Source: Lingula anatina (taxonomy: Eukaryota; Animalia; Brachiopoda). From it: a DNA stretch of 64,000 bases. Below, in pieces: positions 40,872 to 52,839 of this stretch. Positions within the stretch are counted from its first letter, which is position 1. The number at the start of each line of letters is the position of its first letter. The position numbers and the translations under genes are program-made. The notes beneath the pieces are model-generated. The model did no database searches. It was given only the letters and a program-made list of their open reading frames with translations, and was not told where the DNA came from. The stretch spans positions 6,262,001 to 6,326,000 of the forward strand of contig CM120647.1 of assembly GCA_051362555.1 (NCBI GenBank), given 5' to 3'.

Positions 40872-41558
40872 GGGCCGGTTTCACAAAGCAGTAGTTAGTT
40901 AGAACAACTAACTACTGAACTACCTCGCTAACGAGCAAACTTAGCGATTTTCGAGGGGTGTTTCACGAAGCAGTAGTTAACTCATCGCTAAGTTCAGTCG
41001 TAAAGTTCGGTCGTTAGTTCTCTCGTTACTCACCGTAGTCTCGAAACCGTCTACCGGAAGTGGAACTCTTGCGTAAAAGTGTCACGAAAGCACTAACTCT
41101 CCAATTTTTGGTGGCTGGAAATGCATAAGAACGTCTGCTTTGAGGTCGTCGTAAAGGATCTCCACCACCTTTTTGCCGCTCTTTTTGTCACAGCTAGGCG
41201 CAACCTCTCGTAAATTGCATCATCGTGTGTATATTCTAATAGATTCTGCCTTTCATGAAAACATCGTAGTCTACGTTGCCGTCTGGCGGTACGGTTAGCA
41301 AGAAAGGTAGCCGCCATATTGGATACAAAGACAAACGACAGACAACGGTAACTAAGCAACCTTTTTATTTCACTCATTACGCATGCGTACGATGAAACTC
41401 TAGAGTTAGCGACTGGTCTGACCAGTCGTTAAATATCCAAGGCAACAACGAGACAATAACGAGCGAGAGAACTAGCGACTGCTTCGTGAAACGGCACTCT
41501 AAATAGCGAGAGGCTAACTACCGATCGCTAACTAACTACTGCTTTGTGAAACCGGCCC
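40872..41558 (-). mobile_element. Non-autonomous PIF/Harbinger element with degenerate transposase 5' fragment
   Basis: ~31-bp TIRs gggccggtttcacaaagcagtagttagttag and a 3-bp CAG TSD, confirmed by the empty site in paralogues (ctcgatcCAGggtctc). Internal minus-strand RRQRRLRCFHERQNLLEYTHDDAIYERLRL resembles the N-terminus of Harbinger/HARBI1-like transposases. Confidence 0.85.
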
Positions 41559-41580
41559 CAGGGCTTTTCTGACATAGTAG

Positions 41581-41606
41581 ATATAAATAGATCCGATAAC
41601 GAAACT
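41581..41606 (-). promoter_or_regulatory. ISRE-like + TATA-like module of copy 1 (displaced by transposon)
   Basis: + strand atataaatagatccGATAACGAAACT; on the gene strand AGTTTCGTTATC followed by TATTTATAT. Confidence 0.45.
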
Positions 41607-41632
41607 AGTCCGTGTGCAAAATCTTCGATCAA

Positions 41633-41828
41633 AGTTACAATTCGTTATCCATGGCAGTTTATATATGAATATATTAAAGCAATGAATGTAAGTCATTCAG
41701 ACCGAAAAATAAGATCAGATCAATCATTTAAGTTACAATTCGTTATCCATGGCAGTTTATATATGAATATATTAAAGCAATGAATGTAAGTCATTCAGAC
41801 CGAAAAATAAGATCAGATCAATCATTTA
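41633..41828 (+). repeat. Perfect 98-bp tandem duplication upstream of copy 1
   Basis: agttacaattcgttatcc...caatcattta occurs twice in tandem. Confidence 0.92.
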
Positions 41829-42061
41829 AGTTTGGAGGAAACATTTGTCCTCTCAATCTTGTTGATGAATTTAGATTTAATTTGAAGTTTTCAAAGTAGG
41901 TTATACGTCGGTTCAAATGACTGGTGGTTAGCCCAACAGCGTCGAATGCAATTAAGTCGGTGTTGCCAGAGCGTGTCTCCCGAGCAATTGGATACTGTAT
42001 TTGTAAGCCTACTCCTACTACGTTATGCGCCCATTTAGACCGAAAAAATAAATTAGACCGG

Positions 42062-42207
42062 GGCTCCGTATCTCGAAAGGTTCGCTATGTTGCGCACGTG
42101 CGCAAGTGTCTCGATTCCATGGCCCCGTATCTCGAAATAGAATCGGTTATGGAATCCAGACACTTGCGCACGTGCGCAACATAGCGAACTTTTCGAGATA
42201 CGGAGCC
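42062..42207. mobile_element. Hairpin MITE
   Basis: Near-perfect palindrome ggctccgtatctcgaaa...tttcgagatacggagcc; absent at the paralogous site agaccgggtatatc (about 46117 and 57644); flanks cgg/ctg fit a 3-bp TSD with one change. Confidence 0.85.
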
Positions 42208-42361
42208 CTGGTATATCATATGTAAATACAGCGATGATAAAATATAGAGCTTAAAGTTCATGCTTGCTTTTTTTTTTTTTTTTTTGTAGACCGAGGCATC
42301 GAGGTTGGTATACAAAAGATAAAATTGATGTCTTCTCCCCAGCCCATGTCCGGCGCATTAA

Positions 42362-42698
42362 AGAGATAATAACTCTTCGTATGGGGTCTACATTTCACAA
42401 TAAAAACATTGTGAATAACTCATAGAAATATAATAAATTCTGCTTTACGACAAAAACAGCAGTTATATCTATTATTCTGATATCTGAGCTTGTCTTCAGA
42501 CCACGTGACCTCCATTGATGGCTATACTCTGTTATAATCTCTTAAGAGATTTTAACAAAAAACCAAACTTTTTAGAAAAAAACCAGGGACTAACTTTGAA
42601 TGTAAAAATGGATTCATTAACCATTGGTAAGTATGGGAAAATTGTTGTTTACTCTAGGAAAATTCATTTTTTGGCCAAAACGAAGAGTTATTATCCCT
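42362..42698. mobile_element. TTAA-target MITE (Kolobok-like), copy 2
   Basis: Same TIRs and TTAA TSD, highly similar to 5851-6188. Confidence 0.85.
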
Positions 42699-45026
42699 TT
42701 AAAATTGGTATTAAAAATAAATTGATATCGTCTCTCTAGTTGAGAATCAACTCATCAAGACTCGGATTAAAATAGTGAAATGATATCGTCGTTCTTGCTC
42801 AGGATCAACGCATCTAGGTTGGAATAAAACAAATAAAGTGAAATCGTCCTTTCAGCTCAGGTCGGACACATCAATTTAAGAACAATCTATTTTTATCATT
42901 ATTTTTAGTGTGTTTGGTACAGACATTGTTATATGAAAATGCATTTTAAAACATGAAGTAAGAAAATCACAAAATCTAAAATTTTGTTATTCGATGAAAG
43001 CGCTAGAATATTGGCTGAAAATTTCATTGAAATCAATTTTTGCCTTACTGTCATTCTACATTAATTTAAACTAGATAATTTCAATTTAATTACAATTTTA
43101 ACAATAACCTGCCTTTATATATGACAGGTATATATTTCCTGTAAGTTCATTTAGTATTTATTGCCATCTAACCGTTGTTTTGCGATCCAAGTGCCATAAT
43201 TATGGCATATAATGTTTAGTCATAAAATGCTCATCGGTCTCAAAATGAGTTTAATTTTAAAACTGGCATTACACCCCCTCGTTTTATACAAGGTACGATA
43301 ATTCTTTATTTACCTGTTAGGGCATTGTTGACCAATCGTATTGCTAAAACATTTTGTTTTTCAAATATTTCAAAATTCAACTTCTTGTAATGGTCAAACC
43401 TCGGCATCCATTTAGTCTGTTATTTCAATGGCCACATTTTGCAACGGTGTGTAGAATTGATCAATATTCATGTTCAGAATCTTTAAATCCTTTTTCTCGG
43501 CTAAGTCTTTTTTTTTTTTTTTTTTTTTTTTGGAGGGGGGGGTTTGATTAGTAAAGGTAAACCTGGTTTTAACATGAATACTTGCAATAAATTGCATTGA
43601 GCTTACTCAAATGAAGTTGTTATATACTAAATGAAAAAATCTTTTTAAGACTGAGAATGCTCTTTTTCCCCGTTATATCTAAATACCTTTATATATTCTT
43701 TATGCTTCCAACTTTTATTTCTTTATTTATTTATTAATTGAAAAAAATATGGTATAACCTCCCATGTAGGGCCTACAAAGTTATTCATTTCAAAAATATA
43801 AAACCAGCGTGTTGATAATGATTGCATTAGAGGAGACACTAAGCGATACTAAATTTGGTAGTTGAGATAATGTCTGAAGAGAAAAATGTCACAACTTTTG
43901 ACGCAATCAGCTGCTCACGTTTCACGGCTGGTTGAAGGAATCAAATGATCGTAGGAGAGAAGAAAGCCTTAATAAAACTTAAAGGTATTTTAGATTGAAA
44001 AAGATTGAGAACACACTAAATAAAGGTTTTTTATTACTCCAAAAGTATTAAACAATTTACAATAGCTGAAGTGATTCGTATATTTAGTGCTCCAATTGTT
44101 CAAATCATCAATACAAACACAGAATTATGAATTGTTGATTAAATGAGAAAGACATTCACATAATTATTAGAAGAGAGTTTCAACTTTTCACTTCTGTCTG
44201 TTCTGGCATAGTTTATGTAATAATGATATTCTAAAACAGCATTCTCAGTTTGTATATAACTCACAGAAGTTTCAGTAAGGGTATGTCCAAACCCACCCCA
44301 CATTCACACACCCGCACACGTGTGCGCATGCTGTCTTCTGTAGTTTCTGCATAGTGAACTTTTTTCACTCTCCGTAAAAGTCTTAACAATATCTAGGCAA
44401 ATGTTCTTTAAAAACGTGTACCCATATGTTATGTACACTTCCGCATTTTATAACAAATGCTCAATATTATTTGATTATATACTAGTACAGGAGTGGATTA
44501 ACAGTAAAATTTGAGCTGGCCTTCTGTGTTTAAAAAGCGTCCATAATAGTAACGTAAAGCGTGACATCTTTCATTTTGATCAACTTTTCAAAATGAATTA
44601 TCAATAAATTATTAAATACACATACCCAAGCTGTCTAGCTACTAGGTGTCATTGACAAAGCTTGATGTAAAAAGCGACACCATCTTAAAAGGAAAGATGG
44701 TCACGTTTGATATTGAATTTTTCAAATTTCATGTCATTCTTTGCTGTTTCCAATTTCATGCCATTCTATGCTGTTTCCATCAGAGAAAACAATGGCATTC
44801 ACAATATTTTGAGCTACAAAATATAGTAAAGAGGGTATGTTTTCGTCTCTTCGGTCCTTGAACCAATCCAGAATCACAAAGGAATTAATTCAACAAGGAT
44901 ATTCCAGTAAGACATCGAATGAGTCCAATTTCATTGTCATTTTATGCTGGTTCCATTTCATTACATTTGGTGTTATTAGTCTTAGAAAAATCTCTGGCTT
45001 CACTGGATCGCTTGAGGGTCGCGATT

Positions 45027-45542
45027 TCAAATAATGATGCAGCTATCGGATGAACGGCGTCTAGCCTGGCGACTCCCTCTACCTAATCCCTGAATGCGGC
45101 TTTCGAAACTCTTAATCGGGTTGATGAAATTATTCTCAATCCACGACATCTTGAAACACATGATTTTTTGCACGCGTTTGCGCTCACCGCCGATCATGAT
45201 GCTGTCGGAGACCACGAAGGTGCGGTTCACGGCGCTGAGTTCGTAGAACTCGTTGCTGAAATCAATGCACATTTCTTCGCTATGAAAAATGCATTTGTTG
45301 ATCAATTCGTCGGGGCTGATGAGCAGACAGAGAATCAGCAATTGGTTGGTCTCTTCTTCTGACAAGCTTGAATAATTTTCATAATCCCTCAGGCGCCGGA
45401 TTTCCCCGGAGCTGTCCAAGTTAAGCACAGTGCAAATGCAGTCAAGATAGTACATCAGCTTGGCTTTGGGGTTGTTTGGGACGGTACATGGCGTTGTGGT
45501 TTTCTTTAAGCCGATCTGGAGTCTTCCCATAGCAGCCGCCAT
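45027..45542 (-). CDS. Uncharacterised 171-aa protein, copy 2, polybasic + CaaX (CIII) C-terminus
   Basis: Intact intronless ORF, GC-richer than flanks, conserved across five paralogues while flanks diverge; ends RQARRRSSDSCIII*. Confidence 0.9.
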   Translation of the reverse strand: MAAAMGRLQIGLKKTTTPCTVPNNPKAKLMYYLDCICTVLNLDSSGEIRRLRDYENYSSLSEEETNQLLILCLLISPDELINKCIFHSEEMCIDFSNEFYELSAVNRTFVVSDSIMIGGERKRVQKIMCFKMSWIENNFINPIKSFESRIQGLGRGSRQARRRSSDSCIII

Positions 45543-45708
45543 TTCTGATATAGCCAGTAGACTATTTTAAATACGTTAAAATGTCTTTTAAATGTTAGCG
45601 ACAGTTTAAACCCAAGCAGACCCCTTAAAATCAGAAACGAGAATGGGAAAGGATAACATACGTAATGACATATATCGCTCGATCCAGGGTCTCTCTTGAC
45701 ATCATACA

Positions 45709-45733
45709 TATAAATAGATCCCAAAACGAAACT
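45709..45733 (-). promoter_or_regulatory. ISRE-like + TATA-like module of copy 2
   Basis: tataaatagatccCAAAACGAAACT about 170-190 bp upstream of the ATG; one mismatch to GAAANNGAAACT. Confidence 0.5.
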
Positions 45734-46383
45734 AGTTCGTGTAGGATCAATGCAAAAACTTTAGCATGGATTCAGCGGAATTTCCACTTTGTAAAGGCCT
45801 TATAAATATAAAATTTACTTAATTCAAACTTGAAATTAAAATTAAGAGATCAAATGACTCATTAAAGTTTGCACGATTTATTTCTTCCTTCAATCTTGCC
45901 GATGAATTTTTAATTTTTTTTTTAATTTAGGCTATATTTGAATTTTTCAAGGTAGTAAATGGGAAGGTGCTAATGACGAACCGCCAGCTCAATAATTTGC
46001 AATTAAGTCGGTGTTGCCAAAGCATGTATCTCAAGCAATTTGATTCGACTGTACTAGTTGGCCTACTCCTACTCCGAGATGGGACTCATTTAGACCAAAA
46101 ATATCGTGCATAAAGTAGACCGGGTATATCATATATATAAATGATGCGATGATAAAATATACATCCAGTCCATAAATTGACCTGTTTAAAGTTCACCTTT
46201 ATTCGTATTTATTAGCTTTGTTTTAAAATGCTTTTCCGATAAACCACCCTTGGCGTTGATGAGTTGGGTACCTTGGAAATGTGTTTTAGGCGCAATTGTT
46301 ATTAAATTTTTGTTTTTATACGGTGCAGGTACTCTATCTTGTATTATTTTTCATAACATATGGGACAGTACTTTAAAGAATTC

Positions 46384-47190
46384 TTCCAAGAAATCGACCT
46401 TGACCCCTCCAAGTAGGTGACGTGTTGCAAAGATGGTTGTTTTTGAATTCATACAACGAGGATGGCCATCTCTTTCTTGGGGATATTTTTTCAGTTTCAT
46501 TTTAGTGGCTAGCAATTTGCGTAAAGGCACCTAGCGTCCGTAGAACGTGGATTTACAGTAACGCATACAATCCACTTCTGATATACATAGTTCTTCGGTT
46601 TTTGTGTCAAAGAAAATTACTTTATATGCCACTTTCACGCATGAGCACCGTTTGGGGTCAAGGTCAAAACAAAGGGGGCGTATCTCGTCCATACTTCAAA
46701 GATATCAAGATAGATATTTAGTTAATGATGAACCAAATAATTGTGGAGTTGATCAAAATCCCTGTAATAAATCATCGATTAATATCTTCCAAGAAATCGA
46801 CCTTGACCTCTCAAAGTAGTCCAGGTGTTGCAAAGATGGTTTTAACTGAATACATATAACGAAGATGGCCATCTCTTTGTTGAGGATAATTTTTCAGTTT
46901 CATTTTAGTGGCTAGCCTTGTTAATATTCTCCTAAATGTAAATTTGAACCTAGCGTCCGTAGAATGTGGATTTGCAGTAACACATAAACCACTTCTAGTA
47001 GTACTTCGTTTTTTTGTGTTTGGGTCAGGGTCAGATTTTTAAATCAGAAGGTAAAGCATTTTTGAACAAAGGAAGACGTATCTCGCCCAAACTTAAAAGA
47101 TATCAAGATAGATATATAGTTAATGATGAACCAAATAATTGTGGAGTTAATTAAAATACCTATAATAAATCATCGATTAATATCGATTCT
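46384..47190 (+). repeat. Imperfect ~400-bp tandem duplication in the intergenic region
   Basis: cttccaagaaatcgaccttgacc...gtgttgcaaagatggtt...gatatcaagatagatat..agttaatgatgaaccaaataattgtggagtt occurs twice; also in unit B (about 57905-58710), with a partial copy near 49680-49830. Confidence 0.8.
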
Positions 47191-49225
47191 GCGTGTTCTT
47201 GAGGCAATGAATGTGACTGTCGAGATCACTGTAGATTTGGAGGGGCCTTATCGCTAAGTTTTGTTATTATCATGGCAATTTTGAGGCTCCGGTTATGTAC
47301 CGGAGATACGTTTAACAGTTTCCGAGTTTGATGTCATTTCACCTTAGACCAAAGCCGCAGTTTAAAAGTCATTTCAGGCTTAAAAACACTAGCTAACATA
47401 TTAAACAGACGCCATGAATTTATTTTAGACCCTAACCCAAACGTTGCTTATGTGTTTTTTTTACATCAACATCACAAAGGTATGTTGGAAGAGGGGAACT
47501 ATACCATATAGCCGAAAGTGAACATGTAAGCTTCACAAATGACAGATGACTAACTTTGGACTATAGCTGTGCCATGGATGAATATTTTTACTCAATGGAC
47601 AATTTTACGATCCATTCTGAGTTCCGATTTTTATATTAATCAGCCAGTCTGGTGCACGTAAAATGAAGACAAGTAGGAAAGGGTGGGTCAAAAAGCCCAG
47701 TTGGGGAAAAAAAAACAATTTGCAAATTCCGCATAGCAGACGACGTGTGTGTATCTAGCCAAGGCCCAGTCTCACCAATAGGTACGTATTTTACAGGGTT
47801 TTTTAAAGAGGAACAACCTCAGCGTGTGCCAGCCCTAAGCAACCAGCTGAAGGGCCCAAAAATTTCGGTGTCATTTGTTACGGTTTAGAACTATGATTCA
47901 GCTAGTCAAAATTCTAATTTCAAGAGAGGACCATTGGTGTAATTTTTTTCAGAAACTAAAGGGGTATAGGAGCCCCCTGACACCCCCCCCCCCCCCAAAT
48001 CCGCCACTTCTAAGTGAGTCTTTTTTTAGTGCTGAAACCATTAATTTTATTCGATCGATGTGGACTTTTGTATTTAGAACGGACTGTCAAATACAGTGTA
48101 AATCCTTAATGTGGAATATCTTTTTTATCGTTGTTATTTTTGAGTGCATATTAAAACTTTTTTGTTTTATTGTTCAAAAGAGTATGTTATTGAGCGATAA
48201 AAATATTCAGTCTTCTGTTTTGATATATTTTGGTTAATAATATCATATCTGACATAAGATGTCATCCAAAAGAAAAGAACACCCCCAGATTGGCAAACAT
48301 TTTAGGCCACCCCTGTTACGTAATAACTGGTACTACTACTTTTTATGTTAAATATGAATACCACGTAAGTCACCCAGTCGTATTTTACATAAAGGAGGTT
48401 TTTCCATCTAATACATGGGCCATATCAACAAATAAAATAAAAATTACTAAAATTCAAATGGCGCAGAGGGACGTCACGATATGATTGTGATGGAAATCCA
48501 CAAGGTTTGATCTGTTTTTACTGATTGATTAATTGATCGATTTCTTGTCGCAGTTGGGAAATCCTCCCCTATACGTTATTTTTGTCTAGATCCAGTGTGG
48601 GAAACAATCAATGCTTTAGAGGAGATAGCATACGATCGTAAATGTGCTACTACCGATTGGGCTGCGAGAACACACTACTATCCGATGTTTATTCTTTTTT
48701 CATTAGACAAAATTTCAGAAACGATTTAAAAAGAAATAGAATCTACGTATTGATTGGTCCGAATCGAACCCACGAAAAATTGTCCTATTCCAGTCATAGC
48801 ACTTCCCTTCAAACGCTCCAGTCCTAAGCGCAGGGAGGGGGTGCAATGTACCCTATCCTCTTCTTTAAGTCAAATATATCCTCAAATAAACATTTAATAT
48901 ATTACGTAGCGGGACAAGACACCAATCAACAGAGCATCAAGCATGTGATTTAAATCACTGATTTTTGTTCGTTGTTTTTTAGTACCTTTTAAAATTCCTT
49001 TTTATTTATTTGCCGTCAACCAACTGTGAAACATGAGCGTGATTAAGTCCAAATTGTGTGTATTTTTTACAGACATTATCGCAAAGGGTGTACTGTAGCA
49101 AGGTCACAGAGCGAGTTCGAGTTCCCTCACTATCGGGAAATTCCAAGTACGATGCCAAGTTATCTTTTGACATATGGTAAATATGCCGCAACAGAAGCCA
49201 GGAAAAACAAATGGGTCTTTCATGG

Positions 49226-49286
<61 letters not shown>

Positions 49287-49594
49287 TCCTTTAATCATTA
49301 ATAAATTAAAAAGCAACTCTAAAAGTAGATTAATTTCAAAAGTAAAAATGATTGAAAACCAACTCAATCAAGGATTAAAACCACTTTAAGTATTTTGTAC
49401 AAACTACATGTGGCTAAAAGGGAGTATTTTATACAGTGCTCGAATCATTTATTTGATCAACACGAACATGAAAATGATAAATTACTGATTAAATGATAAA
49501 ACATTTACATCAGAAGAAAAAACAAAACTGCAAATCGGAAAATGTGTTCGTCTCTCCAACCTACATGTAGTACTTATCCTAGGAACTTATCATC

Positions 49595-49638
<44 letters not shown>

Positions 49639-50736
49639 TTGTGATGTGAGATGAATGAACAAAGACATAAACACTTTTTAGGTCAGGGTCAGATGTTTAG
49701 ATAAAGAGGTAGAGCATTTTTGACCAAAGGGGGCGTATCTCGCACATGCTTAACAGATAGCAAAGGAGATATTTAGTTAATGACGAACCAAACAATTGCG
49801 AAGTTGATCAAAATCCCGATAATAATTCAATAATAATTATCAATTTTGATAACTGTGATTCAGCTTATCAGTTTTGATAAACTATGATTCAGCAAGTCAA
49901 AATTCTAATTTCAAGGGGGGACCATTGGTGTGATTGTTCTCAGAAATCGAATGGGGGGTGGGGGTCAGACACCCTTAACCCCCTTAAACCGCCACTGGGG
50001 AGTCAATAGGTTGAAGAAATATCTCAGACAAAGTGGTTCCCCATCATCGTTGTATGAATGGTAATTTTGTACATGTATGAATTCAATAAACATCTTCCGT
50101 GTCACATGAACCACTTTGCAAGGTCAAGGTCGATTTATTAGAAGATGCCTTTTTAAACAAAGCACTTAGTCCTTTATGATGTGAATATAATGTAAAATAC
50201 CTGCACAGTTAATATTTAATAACAATCACGCTCGGTACATGTTATCAAAACACTTCACTTTGTGATGTCGGGGTTGGTTTCTTGGAAGAAGCATTTCTAA
50301 CAAAACACTCTATTGATTAATAAATACCAGTACTATGAACTGGTGACTGGTGTCAACATGAACTTAGAGAAGATGTTCGCATGGAATAAAAATAATTACC
50401 ACGATATTTAGGCCTATATATATGATATGTCCCGTCTAATGTATACAAGACATTTCGGGGTTGAATGGGTCCCGCAACAAACCTTCATTAGTAGACCTCT
50501 CTGGTGACATGCTTTGAAAACACCGATTTAATAGCAATCGACACTGTTGAGCTGAATTTGGACCGACTCATAACCTACCTTGAAAAATTCAATCAGAGCT
50601 TAAATCTCATTTTTAAATTCATCGACAAAATTGAAATAACCTTGTGTATCTGTGTATCTCTTTGTTTTTTTAGTGTAAGGTCTCTACAGAGTGCAAATCT
50701 TAGCTTAAGATTTTTTGCATCGATGCTATACGAACT

Positions 50737-50761
50737 AGTTTCGTTTTGGGATCTATTTATA
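50737..50761 (+). promoter_or_regulatory. ISRE-like + TATA-like module of copy 3
   Basis: AGTTTCGTTTTGggatcTATTTATA about 170-190 bp upstream of the ATG. Confidence 0.5.
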
Positions 50762-50927
50762 TCTATGATGTCAAGAGAGACCCTGGATCGAGCGATATAT
50801 GCCATTACGTGTGTTATTCTTTACCATTCTCGTTTCTGACTTTGATGCGACTGCATGTGTGTAAACTGTCGCTAACTTTTATAAAGCCATTTAACGTATT
50901 TAAAAGAGACTACTGGCTATATCAGCA

Positions 50928-51443
50928 ATGGCGGCTGCTATGGGAAGACTTCAGATTGGGTTGAAGAAGACTGGTACGAAAGTTACCGTCCCCGACAACC
51001 CCAAAGCCAGGCTGATGTACTATCTTAACTGCATTTGCACCGTGCTTAAATTGGATAGCTCCGGCGAAATCCGGCGTCTGAGGGATTATAAGAATTATTC
51101 GCGCTTGTCGGAAGAAGAGACCAACCAATTACTGATTCTCTGCCTACTCATCAGCCCCGATGAATTGATGAACAAATGTATTTTCCACAGCGATGAAATG
51201 TGTGGAGATTTATCAAACCAGTTCTACGAGCTTAGCGCCGTGAACCAAACCTTCGTTGTCACCGACAGCATCATGATCGGCGGTGAGCGCAAACGCGTGC
51301 AAAAAATCATGTTTTTCAAGATGTCGTGGATTGAGAAAAATTTCATCAACCCGATAAAGAGTTTCGAAAGCCGCATCCAGAGATTGAGCGGAGGTAATCG
51401 GCAGGCTAGACACCGTGAATCCGATAGCTGCACCATTATTTAA
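50928..51443 (+). CDS. Uncharacterised 171-aa protein, copy 3, CaaX (CTII) C-terminus
   Basis: Intact intronless ORF, divergently oriented to copy 2; ends RQARHRESDSCTII*. Confidence 0.9.
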   Translation: MAAAMGRLQIGLKKTGTKVTVPDNPKARLMYYLNCICTVLKLDSSGEIRRLRDYKNYSRLSEEETNQLLILCLLISPDELMNKCIFHSDEMCGDLSNQFYELSAVNQTFVVTDSIMIGGERKRVQKIMFFKMSWIEKNFINPIKSFESRIQRLSGGNRQARHRESDSCTII

Positions 51444-52780
51444 AAAGCGCGACCTTCATGCGATCCAGTGATGCAAGGACTTTTCTGTGAACAATAACGC
51501 TAAATGGTAATTTAAGCATAAAATGACAATGAAATTGGACTTTTTCGATATCTGACTGAAGTATCCTTGTTGAATGAATTCTTATGAATTCCTGGATCGC
51601 ATCAAATGGATTGGAGAGACAAATACACCCCCCTTTTCAATGCAACGTAATATTGGCTTGCTTATAATCTTACAATATTGTAAATGCCATAGTTTTCCCA
51701 AGTGGAATCAGCATAGAAAGAATGAAAATGGACAAATTCAACATCAGACTTGACAATCCTTGACGAGTTTATTCCGCTAGTGATGGTACCGCTTTTTAAC
51801 ATGATGCCCGGACAAAGACAAAAAGTAGCCAGACAGCTCGTTAATTTACTGATAATTTATGTTCAACAGCGGAACAAAACAAAGGATATCACAATAAACG
51901 TCATTATTAGCGTCGCTTGTTAATCAAGAATGGCCTGTTTAATCTCCAGTATGAACACATATTTGACCACTTTTCATAAAATTCGAAAGTACACATTACG
52001 TATATTTTCATATTTAAAAGGAAATTGGTGTTTTTTCACAGTAATTGTTGTGGACACATTTAAGTAAAAGAAAGAAAATGTTGCTCTGAAGAAGCTATGC
52101 AGGGTTGTTATGCAGAAATGCGGAAGACGGCACGCGCGAGGGCGTGCGTTTGGACGTAGACGCGCTGTCGCCAAAACTTTTTTAAGTTTACAAATTTTGA
52201 ATGCTGTTGTACCCCCGTAGGTTATCTTACTAACAATTCCAGAAGAGATAGAAGTGAAAAGTTAAAGCTGTTATTTTAATATCTTAATATTTTTATATAT
52301 ATATAAATCAATATCTCGCTTTTTAAACGTTTTCAAGAATGGGTGCAAACACGATCGTCATTTATTACATTGCTTTTGGCTTAAAATTGTATAATATCGT
52401 TATTTTCTTAATTATAACTTTGTCATTGTATGAGAATTATTATTGTTGTTGTTGTTATATATTACGATAATAATAAGTTAAAAAGATAAATACTAGGTTG
52501 GAGAGACTAACTCATTTTACGATATTTTTTTCCTTCTTTTATTGTTGTTTTTCTTTTTAATGTGAATGATTAATCATGCAGTAATTTATAATTACATGTT
52601 TGTATTGATCAAATAAATGATTCGAGCACCAAACAAAAAGACTCACCTTTCGCCGCATGAAGTTCGCACAATACTTGCAGTAATTTTAACCCTTTATTAA
52701 TGGGTTCTCTTTTTTAAAATTATAAAATATTATTTGGTCTTATTTCAAACTTTTAAGTATATTTATCATTAGCGGAATTT

Positions 52781-52839
<59 letters not shown>

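Larger units (their letters stand above)
45985..52290 (+). repeat. Segmental duplication unit A (direct repeat of about 57514-63884, period ~11.5 kb)
   Basis: Near-identical sequence and mirrored spurious ORFs (46604/58128, 48230/59848, 50504/62085, 50928/62510); weaker homology extends left through copy 2 and copy 4 to about 43850/54710. Confidence 0.92.

Noticed and set aside
45027-45542. Small GTPase identity suggested by the size and CaaX tail
   Set aside because: No GxxxxGKS/T, DxxG or NKxD motifs in any copy.
46604-50839. Short ORFs repeated in both duplication units (71, 84, 61 and 111 aa)
   Set aside because: Their conservation simply reflects near-identical recent duplication; mostly non-ATG starts, AT-rich, and not kept open in older paralogous copies.
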